A stretch of 64,000 nt of DNA, taken from NCBI GenBank assembly GCA_965242725.1, contig CBDESZ010000016.1, forward strand, positions 256,001-320,000. The letters are read 5' to 3'. Origin of the DNA: Alkalispirochaeta sp. GTDB lineage: Bacteria > Spirochaetota > Spirochaetia > DSM-27196 > Alkalispirochaetaceae. Below the pieces are notes generated by a model. That model made no database searches, was not told where the DNA came from, and saw only the letters and a list, made by a program, of their open reading frames with translations. Positions 38,969-47,937 of the stretch are shown piece by piece; the stretch's first letter is position 1; each line of letters opens with the position of its first letter. A program made the position numbers and the translations under genes.

Positions 38969-40377
38969 TGCGCCGATTGATGTTTTTTCTGCTGATTGTC
39001 CTGTTTGTATTCCCCCTCACACTGTCCTTTGCAATTGACTGGGGCGGCAGCGTCACCTCCATCGCCACGCAGCAGTCCGTGGACGAGGGGAGCGATGACG
39101 ATGAATTCACCACCAACCACCGATTCGTTCTCTATCTCAACTCACCCCTCGGACGCCGGTGGAGTTTTGTTTCCCAGGGTGCGGGAACGCTGGACGCGGA
39201 AAGTGTTTTCGCCGCCGATATCGAGAAGCTCTATTTTCAGCGAACCAGGGACTTCGTCAATGACGAGAAATATCAGGAAGGCAACAGAGATCAGCTGCCG
39301 AATTTGATCGATATGACTACCCGTTTCGGCCGTTTTTCCCTCACCGATGCGACGGGACTCGTCCTCTCCCACGCGGTGGACGGCATTAACGTCGATTTCA
39401 ACAACCGTGGGTCACAGATCTCACTCGGCGCGGGGTATACCGGATTCATAAACAAGGAGTTCTCTTCCGTTGCACTGAGTATCCGTGACTCCGTGGATAT
39501 CGCCGACGACGAGACGCTTTTCGGACCGAGGCGTCTTCTGGGCCGCGGCACGGTCAGATTCCCGGAACTCATGTTCAACCAGAACGTCACCTTCGGGTTT
39601 GCATTCCAGCAGGATCTGAGGGATCCCACAGATGTGGTAGAACCCCTGACCGACGGCAATGACGTGGAACAACAGGATCGCGGCGGGCTTGTGGATACCC
39701 AGTATGCTATCGCGAGGCTGGACGGTCCCCTTCCCACCGGTCCCGTCTCGTCGTTTTATTCCCTCACCTACATCTACAACACGGGACGGACCATGGGACT
39801 TCTGCCCGACGAAAATGCAGTCAGCGGTGAGAGTTATCAGTACAGCCCCATCAAGGGACAGTTGATCCGGGGTCAGGTGAATGTATTCCTGCCGAGGCTG
39901 ATGTCCACGTCGGTGACGGCGGGTGTCCTTTACTCCTCCGGGGATGACGACTATGAAAACTTCGTGGAAGGAAATACCGAAGGCGACGCGACGATGTTCA
40001 CCGCCGTTACCCCCCTTGGGAAGGGAGTCGTTTTTGGACTGGAACCTGGAAATACGATGACCAGCGAGATACAGTTGTCGGTAAAACCCCTGTCGGGTTT
40101 TGACAGTCCCGTCCTGCAGTCGCTGCAGGCTCAGCTTGGGTATTACAACTTCTACCGGACCGCGGCAACGGGACCTGTCTCGGCGGCATCGGTAGACGCT
40201 ACCACCGACGGTTCGTCGCTGGGAAGTGAGATCGACTTCGTGCTTCGCATACGACCCTTCAGCGATTTGGGGATCGGGCTGACCACGGGGTTTTTCTTTG
40301 GAAACGAAGATGTTCTGTTTGACGACGCCAACAGCTTTGACTACGTGGTGCGACTCAACGCGTCGTTGAGCTTCTAA
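38965..40377 (+). CDS. Putative outer-membrane beta-barrel protein (alginate-export-like)
   Basis: Signal peptide, alternating beta-strand pattern, YSSGDD and LGSEIDF motifs, C-terminal ..ASLSF. Confidence 0.7.
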   Translation: MMRRLMFFLLIVLFVFPLTLSFAIDWGGSVTSIATQQSVDEGSDDDEFTTNHRFVLYLNSPLGRRWSFVSQGAGTLDAESVFAADIEKLYFQRTRDFVNDEKYQEGNRDQLPNLIDMTTRFGRFSLTDATGLVLSHAVDGINVDFNNRGSQISLGAGYTGFINKEFSSVALSIRDSVDIADDETLFGPRRLLGRGTVRFPELMFNQNVTFGFAFQQDLRDPTDVVEPLTDGNDVEQQDRGGLVDTQYAIARLDGPLPTGPVSSFYSLTYIYNTGRTMGLLPDENAVSGESYQYSPIKGQLIRGQVNVFLPRLMSTSVTAGVLYSSGDDDYENFVEGNTEGDATMFTAVTPLGKGVVFGLEPGNTMTSEIQLSVKPLSGFDSPVLQSLQAQLGYYNFYRTAATGPVSAASVDATTDGSSLGSEIDFVLRIRPFSDLGIGLTTGFFFGNEDVLFDDANSFDYVVRLNASLSF

Positions 40378-40395
40378 ATCTTGAGGAGGATGAAT

Positions 40396-41079
40396 ATGAA
40401 TAAAAGCATCGTAGTCGGTGTTTTACTGCTCTTTGCCGCCGGGATGCTTTGGGGTCAGGCGCAGTTTTCCGAAGTGAACGGAAAAGTGGAAATTCGACCG
40501 GCATCGGGAGGCGCATGGCAAGCCGCCGAGGTCGGCATGACCGTGGATGAACAGACAATGATCTCCACCGGTTTCAATTCAAGCGCGGAACTGCAAATGG
40601 GCGCGTCCACCGTCTCGGTGGAACAGCTCACCCGTATGGTCTTTGAAGAAATTGTGGAACGAAGCGATTCCGTTGAAACGCGCATGAACCTCAGCGTCGG
40701 CAAGATGAGCGCCCAGGTGCGTTCCTCCGACGGGCGGGCTCAGGACTTTCAGGTGCGCAGTCCCATATCGACGGCTGCCGTTCGCGGTACGGACTTTGAG
40801 TTTGACGGCGAACAGCTGCGTGTAACGGAAGGAATTGTCGCCTTCGTCAACAACTACGGTCAGCAACGCAGAATAAGCGTGGGTCAGAAGAGCCAGATCA
40901 CGGAAGAGACCACCACTCCCACCGATCCGGTGGAAGAGGCTCAAGAGGACACGACGACCAGCACCGAGCCGATCGGCGCAGGAAGTGACGACGAAAAAGA
41001 GGCACCCCAGATCGACACCGCGGTGACGCCGGCAGCGCCTCGGTCCACACGCGGAACGCTGACCATTCAGGTCCGATAG
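40396..41079 (+). CDS. Exported FecR-domain protein
   Basis: Signal peptide; G.VE..W..A..G, ISTGFNSSAEL and VRSPISTAAVRGTDF motifs; acidic T/P-rich tail; GAGGAGG RBS. Confidence 0.85.
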   Translation: MNKSIVVGVLLLFAAGMLWGQAQFSEVNGKVEIRPASGGAWQAAEVGMTVDEQTMISTGFNSSAELQMGASTVSVEQLTRMVFEEIVERSDSVETRMNLSVGKMSAQVRSSDGRAQDFQVRSPISTAAVRGTDFEFDGEQLRVTEGIVAFVNNYGQQRRISVGQKSQITEETTTPTDPVEEAQEDTTTSTEPIGAGSDDEKEAPQIDTAVTPAAPRSTRGTLTIQVR

Positions 41080-41088
41080 GGAGGACGT

Positions 41089-42732
41089 ATGAAGACGAAT
41101 ATGAATTACAGGAAATTATTCCGACTCCTCGTCACCGGCGCCATCGTGATCGCCCTGAGCGGCTGTATCATCGCGCCTGAGGAAGAGACGGGATCGATTT
41201 CGTTGTCAGTTTCCGGACTGGCCTCAAGTGAAGTAGGGGCGTCCGGTTGGCTTGACGGCGATGCTGGACAACCTGACCTTGTCGCGGATACGGCACGGGT
41301 TTGGCTCTATAACGCAGGGAATGAGTACAATCTGGGCGGCGCAGGCTTTGTAGAAATCACCTCCGACGGTGGCACGGTTACCATTGAAGATATACCGGAA
41401 GGCGAGAATTACTCGATCGTCGTCGTCCTTGGGAAAAAAGATGGCGTTTTTCAGCCGATCAAATACGCCCAGGCGGGACCTTTCAACATCGCCGGTGGAC
41501 GTGAGACGGTGATTTCGCCTAAGAGCCAGACGTTGTTGGGACTTTCCCGCGTCGAGAGCGTGCACTATCCGGACGAGCTTCTCGACGAGTCATTAACCTC
41601 GATTGCCCGTGTCGACGACGGAACGCATAGTGCCGTCGTCGCGGCGTCGGGAAATCAGATCTGGACTTCTTCGGATGGAAGCGTGTTCGCACCAGAGACA
41701 ATCACGGGAGCGAATCGGATTTTTTCCGTGACGGTGGGAAGCGATATTAATGATCTTGAAACGGAGACAGTTTACGTCAACACCGACCAGGGTGTTTTTC
41801 CCCTGATATATAATTCAAGTGTAAGCCCCTATTGGGACTACAATACGACTTCGGACAGTTTTGCAAACGCCATGATCAACGAGGACGCCGATCCTCCTGC
41901 AGATATTGGTAATACGACCTATTCCGGTTCCTTCACATTGTATGAGAAAGACGATGAACCAGTTGGACCGGATGAAGGAGGTATACTGGTAGGTATGGTT
42001 GTATTCTACCAGCGCTGGGGCGGTCTCGGAGCCGGACTTATCGACGCAGGATATCCGTGGACCGACTTGGAAAACGGTATCGAATGGATCGATATCGGTA
42101 ACTCCGCGGACATGGATATTAAACCGTTCAGCGAGACGGAAAGTCCCGTCCGTTCCATGGCAACCAGCGGTTTTTCCGCGGGATATTTTTCAACGCTGGT
42201 AGGTACCTTCCGAATGACCGATGACCTTTTTAACATCGGGGAAGATGAAGAGATTAGCGCAGGCGATCTCCTGGGGAATGAAGTTGAGGGTCTAACCTTT
42301 TTCGGCGTTCCCTATCCCGGGACGACGCGGCCGATGCGCATCAACGAAATTGCCCTTTTTAAGCAGGATGGTGTGACAAACGTTCTCGTTGGAACACCCC
42401 GCGGCGCTTACTGGTTTGCCGATTCGGCTCTCGAAAATCTCACGACTACCAACAACGTACGGCCCAACGCGGTAAATGCAATCGCATCCGTGAAGGACGA
42501 GAACGTCGTAGGATTTGCGCAAACTTCGGGATATATCGCCATCCTTACCGAGGAGACATTGCTGGTTAAGGAGACGACAAACCTCAGTAATGTTATCGAC
42601 GTACCCGCACGTGCCCTGGTTTTAGGAGTACCGCAGGAGATTGTTATCGGTAGAGTAGGAGTAGACGAAATTCCAACGCTTTATGTCGCGGGAACCGACG
42701 GATTGGCGATTGTGACGTTGACAAACAGCTGA
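41089..42732 (+). CDS. Lipoprotein of unknown function (beta-rich, acidic)
   Basis: GGAGG RBS; lipobox IALSGC; AT-richer than flanking housekeeping genes. Confidence 0.75.
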   Translation: MKTNMNYRKLFRLLVTGAIVIALSGCIIAPEEETGSISLSVSGLASSEVGASGWLDGDAGQPDLVADTARVWLYNAGNEYNLGGAGFVEITSDGGTVTIEDIPEGENYSIVVVLGKKDGVFQPIKYAQAGPFNIAGGRETVISPKSQTLLGLSRVESVHYPDELLDESLTSIARVDDGTHSAVVAASGNQIWTSSDGSVFAPETITGANRIFSVTVGSDINDLETETVYVNTDQGVFPLIYNSSVSPYWDYNTTSDSFANAMINEDADPPADIGNTTYSGSFTLYEKDDEPVGPDEGGILVGMVVFYQRWGGLGAGLIDAGYPWTDLENGIEWIDIGNSADMDIKPFSETESPVRSMATSGFSAGYFSTLVGTFRMTDDLFNIGEDEEISAGDLLGNEVEGLTFFGVPYPGTTRPMRINEIALFKQDGVTNVLVGTPRGAYWFADSALENLTTTNNVRPNAVNAIASVKDENVVGFAQTSGYIAILTEETLLVKETTNLSNVIDVPARALVLGVPQEIVIGRVGVDEIPTLYVAGTDGLAIVTLTNS

Positions 42733-42767
42733 TCGTAACGCCGGATGACCGGTAGATTGAGAAATGC

Positions 42768-42796
42768 AAGCCGCATCCATTGGATGCGGCTTTTTT
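42768..42796 (+). terminator. Intrinsic terminator
   Basis: AAGCCGCATCCA-T-TGGATGCGGC-TTTTTT; abuts the stop of the convergent ATPase gene. Confidence 0.9.
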
Positions 42797-43985
42797 ATGT
42801 TTTCCCGAACGGCCAAAGTTCATCAATAATTTTCGTGTCTTGTACCGACCCGATCACCTGCTTTCGATCGGCAGGAAATGTGTTGAACGCGTTCAACTGA
42901 CTTCCCTCCAGTTCATTGTTGTATTTCACCTCAATAAGTGTCTTGTCCAGTGTGAGGAAATCCAGTTCATGAACCCCATGTCGGACATAGTAGACGTCCT
43001 CATGTTGTCGGAGTCGCAGGTAGACGTAGTTTTCGAAATAACTGCCCCAGTCCCGTCCTCCATTGAAAAGATATTTTACCCCTAGATCGCAAGCATAGAT
43101 TTTTTTCGGCGACAGGATACGCTCGTTGGTAGTCCCCCATCTGGACACGGGATGTACGAGGTAGGCGTCTTCAAAGTAACTTAAATATCGACGGGATGTG
43201 TCGGGTGACAGACCCAGGATATTGGCCATTTTGTTGACGCTCACCTGCTTGCCGCTGCGTTCCATTAATAACGTGAAATAGTCCCTCGCGATTTGATGGT
43301 CCTTAATGCCGCGAAGTGCAGTAATATCTTTTTGGATGATGTCGTCGACAAGATTCATGAGGTAGTCTCTGCTCGGATGAAGAACGTTTTCCGGAATTCC
43401 CCCGTCCTTTACATAATCACGAAAAAACTGGTCGAGAAGTTGCTTATCCCGACGTGGCAGGACAATGTCCCTGAAATCAAGATACTCTTCCAGGGTCAAC
43501 GGCTGTATTTCGAGTGTTTGAGACCGCCCCGTAAGCTGTGCCCTTTGATCCTGCAGAAGTGCACTTGAAGATGAAGCGGCGATTATCGTTACCCTTTGCC
43601 GGTCAATCAAGTTCTTAAGTTGCTGTTGAAAATCCACTTTGGCCGTGATTTCATCAAGGAGCAGTACCACCGGTGTGTCGACCGAATGCTTATGGACCTT
43701 ACGAAACTCATTGACGACATCGAAGATCGTCGTCTGTCGTAGCAAGTAGTCATCCATGCTTACATAAAGAATAGATACTGGAGACCATCCATCTTCGATG
43801 AGACGTTGAACGACAAGGCGCATGATTGTTGACTTACCTACCCGCCGCATACCCGACAACAGCAGTGCATGACGGTCAGATAGTCGGGATAGAATCCAGT
43901 CGACGTATCGGTTCCGCGGTTTGATGTCTTTGAGAAAATCTACACGTTCCCACCACGGATTATATTGAAACAGTAAATCGTCCAC
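42795..43985 (-). CDS. AAA_14 ATPase with DUF4143 (wHTH and PD-(D/E)xK-like C-terminus)
   Basis: NPWW, GMRRVGKST, LLDEI, LTGR, GGIPE, KIYACDLG, FENYV and ELDF...IEVK motifs. Confidence 0.9.
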   Translation of the reverse strand: MDDLLFQYNPWWERVDFLKDIKPRNRYVDWILSRLSDRHALLLSGMRRVGKSTIMRLVVQRLIEDGWSPVSILYVSMDDYLLRQTTIFDVVNEFRKVHKHSVDTPVVLLLDEITAKVDFQQQLKNLIDRQRVTIIAASSSSALLQDQRAQLTGRSQTLEIQPLTLEEYLDFRDIVLPRRDKQLLDQFFRDYVKDGGIPENVLHPSRDYLMNLVDDIIQKDITALRGIKDHQIARDYFTLLMERSGKQVSVNKMANILGLSPDTSRRYLSYFEDAYLVHPVSRWGTTNERILSPKKIYACDLGVKYLFNGGRDWGSYFENYVYLRLRQHEDVYYVRHGVHELDFLTLDKTLIEVKYNNELEGSQLNAFNTFPADRKQVIGSVQDTKIIDELWPFGKT

Positions 43986-43990
43986 GAAGT

Positions 43991-44045
43991 AATTATACGA
44001 TTAAATCGTATAATTGAACAGCAAAATATACGATGTTATCGTATA
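43991..44045. promoter_or_regulatory. Twin palindromic operators TATACGAT-N3-ATCGTATA overlapping the -10 of the ATPase gene
   Basis: AATTATACGATT-A-AATCGTATAATT (43991-44015) and TATACGAT-GTT-ATCGTATA (44027-44045). Confidence 0.75.
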
Positions 44046-44071
44046 ATATTTACCGTTCTCCAAAACAAAGG

Positions 44072-44103
44072 AAAATAAAAGCGGGCTCATTCATGAGCCC
44101 GCC
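44072..44103 (-). terminator. Intrinsic terminator
   Basis: Minus strand: GCGGGCTCAT-GA-ATGAGCCCGC-TTTTATTTT. Confidence 0.85.
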
Positions 44104-44130
44104 TGAATCGATACGACTTGTCGTCTTATG

Positions 44131-45171
44131 TCAGAAATGAAGCCTTATGCCGACGATCGCGCCGGGTGCCTGCGTCGTCACAGCATAATTGAGGTGGGCG
44201 AATAGGTTGAATATCAATAGCTTCATATCGAAACCGGTGTTCAGGACAACATTGAAGCTGTCATATTCTTGCTCCGAGTAGGGTTGTACGGCCGGTTCCA
44301 CGTCCGTTCTTGTCGGTATTCCTCCGCCTGAACGGGTCTCCAGCACACCTGAGAACTCATCCACTCCTGCCTCATAGGTCGATCTCTGGTAGTAGGTACT
44401 CATACCGACAAATGGATAAAATACATAGAGAAATCTTGTTGAAGCCCGGACGTCAAACCCGAAAGAGTGCGTCATAGCTTTAAACGTCGGTGTTCCAGCA
44501 AGTTCAAGGGCCGTGTAATCGTTGGCTCCCTCTTCGCCGTCGAGATAGAGAGGATCGATCTCGGCGAGGTCATAGCCAAAGTCAATGTTGCTGTAAACAT
44601 ATCCGACACCTGCGGATATCGCCGGCACCCCTCGATCCCGTCTAACAAGTACCTTTCGCAGTCGGGTGCCCACGGTAGTGATCGTTCCCGTAAGGGCTTC
44701 TTCTCCCGCAAGATCCGTAACGGCTTGAGGAATAATTCCAGCTTGGACCGATAGTTCATAGCCACCCGCGAGACCGACGCCGAATCCTGCGCGGACACTG
44801 GGATACGGTGCGTAGTTGTCAGTGATGTCACGGACTTCTTCGTCATTGGCGCCAGCTTCATCGAGAAGGTTATTGAAGAGGTCGTAGTTTTCAAATTTTT
44901 CCTCATCTTTTGTAAATTCCAGAACACCTGGCGCCACAGTACCACCGGCAGAAAATGAAAAATACATATGGGGAAAGTTACCCAGTTCGGCGCTTCCGAG
45001 ACCGTGGTTGAGGACCGATGCGGTCTGCAGATTCGGAACAACATCTTTGCCGAGTTCATTGAAGACGGTTTCCAAATCGATTGAAAGCTGCGTTATTGCA
45101 TCCTGTGCCGGTACGCTTGCCAATACGATCACAAAAACAATTGCTGCCAAAAGAAGGGGTTTTCTGGGCAT
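44131..45171 (-). CDS. Putative outer-membrane beta-barrel protein (DUF6588-like)
   Basis: GGAGG RBS, signal peptide, amphipathic strands, C-terminal ..VGIRLHF. Confidence 0.65.
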   Translation of the reverse strand: MPRKPLLLAAIVFVIVLASVPAQDAITQLSIDLETVFNELGKDVVPNLQTASVLNHGLGSAELGNFPHMYFSFSAGGTVAPGVLEFTKDEEKFENYDLFNNLLDEAGANDEEVRDITDNYAPYPSVRAGFGVGLAGGYELSVQAGIIPQAVTDLAGEEALTGTITTVGTRLRKVLVRRDRGVPAISAGVGYVYSNIDFGYDLAEIDPLYLDGEEGANDYTALELAGTPTFKAMTHSFGFDVRASTRFLYVFYPFVGMSTYYQRSTYEAGVDEFSGVLETRSGGGIPTRTDVEPAVQPYSEQEYDSFNVVLNTGFDMKLLIFNLFAHLNYAVTTQAPGAIVGIRLHF

Positions 45172-45273
45172 ACTTTTTCCTCCCCGTATAAACGGTCTTT
45201 CATACATGATAATCGATCGGGAAAAATATTTCCAACCGAATTAGTCAGACGTCTGCAGATTGCGCCAAATTCA

Positions 45274-45349
45274 CCGCGTGAAACAATTGTCCCTTCGCTT
45301 GTCCTCGCCTATGGCTGTGGAGACGCTTCGGGACAATCCTTCCACGCGG
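45274..45349 (+). repeat. Long imperfect hairpin, copy 1 of a structured repeat
   Basis: CCGCGTG/CACGCGG and ATTGTCCC/GGGACAAT stems enclose the core CGCTTGTCCTCGCCTATGGCTGTGGAGACGCT. Confidence 0.75.
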
Positions 45350-45418
45350 ACATGTGACATATCCCGTCGTCCACATGAGCTGAAGAAAATCCATCCCATC
45401 CAGGAGACGGCGTGAAGA

Positions 45419-45502
45419 CCTGACGGGTCGGGGGAATCGTCTGCGCAGCGTCTCCGCAGCCGCAGGCGATGACAAGCGGAGCAGACGATTCCCCGAGCCA
45501 GG
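45419..45502 (-). repeat. Long imperfect hairpin, copy 2 (inverted relative to copy 1)
   Basis: GGGGAATCGTCTGC/GCAGACGATTCCCC stem encloses the minus-strand core CGCTTGTCATCGCCTGCGGCTGCGGAGACGCT (28/32 identical to copy 1). Confidence 0.75.
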
Positions 45503-45518
45503 ACATGTATTTACCGCA

Positions 45519-47808
45519 TCACACGTCGCAGTTGCCCGCCATGCACGCCAGCTCCTGGGCGGCGTTGGTGAGGTCCGTCTCCTCATAGCGGTAGATCTTG
45601 GAGAAGTCGATCTCCGGGAAGGAGGCGGCGCGGCGCTCGTACTCGTCGGCGGAGATCTCCTCATAGGGGAGCTGCTCGTAGTTGGCGTCGGTGTGGGGAA
45701 GAAAGGCCATGCCGCCTATCTTGTCCTGATGGTCGTGAATCCAGCGCATGAGGTCCATCACCTCGTGGGGCTGATAGGTGATGGTGACGCTGGGGTTGTG
45801 CTCCGTGTAGTGCTCACGGTTCTGGAGCCAGTAATCGCATTGCTGAATGGCGCCGCGATCACCCCGGACTACCGCGGCGTCGGGAGACTTGACGGGAAAG
45901 TGAACCACCCAGGTGGTGGCGTTGTCCCGGGTCTGGCCGTTTTCCGGGTCCATGGGGACGCCGGCGTCGCGAAGGACCTTGTACACGGGGGAGTGGGCGC
46001 TCACGCGAATGTTGCGGACGTAGTAATGGGACCAGCGGGCGTGGATGCCGGAGGAGCTGTTGAGAAGCTGGCTTGAGTTGCCCGAGGGTTTCACGGCGGT
46101 GGTCGCCGCGGACTGGGGTATCCCGAGCATTTCGGCATACTTCCGGTTTGTTTCCACCACATGCTTTTGCAGGATTTCCTGGTTGGCGGGATCCTGACTG
46201 GCGGGACTGTCCATCTGTCCGTTCAGGTCCACGCCGAGGAGGCGCTCCTCCTCGCTGTTCCTGCGCCAGATGTCCCTCAGGCCCGGGAAAATTGGTGGCC
46301 ATGCCTCTGAATGGTGCCGATGATCGCCGCGAGTTCGACCTTTTCCGTAAGCGTCTCCAGGGTGTCGTCCCGCGCGGGCGACGGGCGCTGGTGAGGTTGC
46401 AGAACTGGTAGGGCCGCCAGGATGATCTCGCCGCAGGGGTTGGTACCAAACTCGGCGGCGGCCCGGCGCTCGGGGGCGGTTCTTGAGGGCGGGCGCCGCG
46501 GCGTTGAAGATGCCGGGCTCACCGCTGCCGGATTCGACCATGTCCAGGACAAAACGGGCGATCTCCTGCTGGGAGAGTTTCCCGGTCGGGCCACACTGCG
46601 GAGTTGTTTGCGTTCCAGCGCTGGCTGTTGTGAATCCAGAAGTCCCCGTCCTTGGCGTGGCGCATTTCCAGATCATCGTAGTCAAAGAGGGAGATCATCG
46701 CGGTACGACGGACGCCGCCGGAAACCGCCGCGCCGCCTACGGCGCACATGATGTCGTGGGCGTCCAGGGTGGTCATGAAACCGCCCTGACGGGCCAGGAT
46801 GCGGTCCCGGGTAAAGCGCAGCATCGAGCGGAGCGGTTCCGGGCCGGAGGCGCGGCCACCCTTGATCTTGAGGGGAGCGCCGGCGGGGCGTATCCGGCTC
46901 ATGTCAAACTCGATGTCCTCTCCCGCAAACCACGTCTCCAGACCGATGCGCAGCGCCTGCGCCCAGCCGTCGGAGGTGTCGGGGACGATGAAGGTGGGGC
47001 GCTTCAGGCCGGACTGCCGTTTTATCCGGGGAAGCTGTTCCACGTAGCGGCGCTCCACACTGTAGCCGACGCCGCAGCCGTTCATGGAGATGATCAGGGC
47101 TTCTACAAAGCTGTCGAGGCTGTCGGCGGGGAGGTAGGAGCAGTTGTAAATGGCGATATTGCTCCGCCGAGCGGGGTCACCCGCCATGGCGAGGAGACGC
47201 ATGGAGGGCATGACCTTCATCTCCAGAATACCCTTCCTGACGCGCTGATAGTCCTCTTCAGGAAGACGGTTCTCGGAGAGCTCCCGGAGGTAATCCACGG
47301 CGCGGTCCACCGTCTCCAGCCACGTCTCCCGGCGACCGAGGTTGTAGTCAAAGCGGGAATACTTGTCATAAAACTGAAACTGCTGAATCGGCGTGGGAAA
47401 GTACCGGTCCGCCTCGTCGAAGGCCGACTTGACCTCCGCCGGCACGGCACGGACGCGGCGCAGTCGGGCGTGCTCCGCGCGATAGAGAATATACGCCTTC
47501 GCCGCGGCGTACTCCCCGTTGGCCTGAAGCACCATTTCAACGGTGTCCTGAATCTGCTCAACCGTCGGCTCGGGATACTGAGCCGCGATGACGTTGACCA
47601 CCTGTCGGGTGATCTCCTCAATAGGTGTGCCCGGGAGCCGTTCCAGCGCGTCATAACAGCGATCGAGGGCGCGCTTAATGCGCTTGCTCTCAAAGGGCAG
47701 GACCCGTCCGTCCCGCTTGGTCACGTGCTCAGGCATGGTAAGCGTCGTGTCGTCGGTTGTTTTCTTTCGTATGGTTGCTGGTTTCAGTATCGCGGCGCTC
47801 TCAGCCAT
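45519..47808 (-). CDS. nrdJ: Class II (B12-dependent, monomeric-type) ribonucleotide reductase with N-terminal ATP-cone; several apparent frameshifts at about 46280-46590
   Basis: VTKRDG ATP-cone, MPSMR, YNC, GCGVG, GGVRRTA, GTNPCGEI, QFCNL, TAVKPSG, EHNPS and C-terminal CxxxxC; pieces lie in three frames. Confidence 0.88.
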
Positions 47809-47865
47809 AGTTCCCCTCCCAGGTCACTTTTCAATAGTGTTCTTTTTTAATATCGGAATCATCCT

Positions 47866-47881
47866 ACGCCATATGTAGTGG
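47866..47881 (-). promoter_or_regulatory. NrdR box
   Basis: CCACTACATATGGCGT resembles the acaCwAtATaTwGtgt consensus, 58 nt upstream of nrdJ; weak second CCATAT core 30 nt away. Confidence 0.7.
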
Positions 47882-47937
47882 ACCTGCAATAAAGATTCCC
47901 ATATTTTTTCAAAAAAATTCATGACGAACGCGAAGCG

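Noticed and set aside
45274..45502. Integron attC sites
   Set aside because: The hairpins lack RYYYAAC/GTTRRRY ends and there is no integrase or cassette array; kept as an unexplained structured repeat
45245..45664. Short minus-strand ORFs (139 aa and 65 aa) over the hairpin region
   Set aside because: They overlap the nrdJ 3' end or the repeats, have no recognisable domain, and show biased composition
46275..46595. Programmed frameshifting, intron or intein in nrdJ
   Set aside because: Too many scattered +1 events, no inserted segment, and no intein termini or homing endonuclease
47809..47937. Cobalamin riboswitch upstream of B12-dependent nrdJ
   Set aside because: The region is about 130 nt, AT-rich, and has no B12-box-like sequence; an NrdR box explains it
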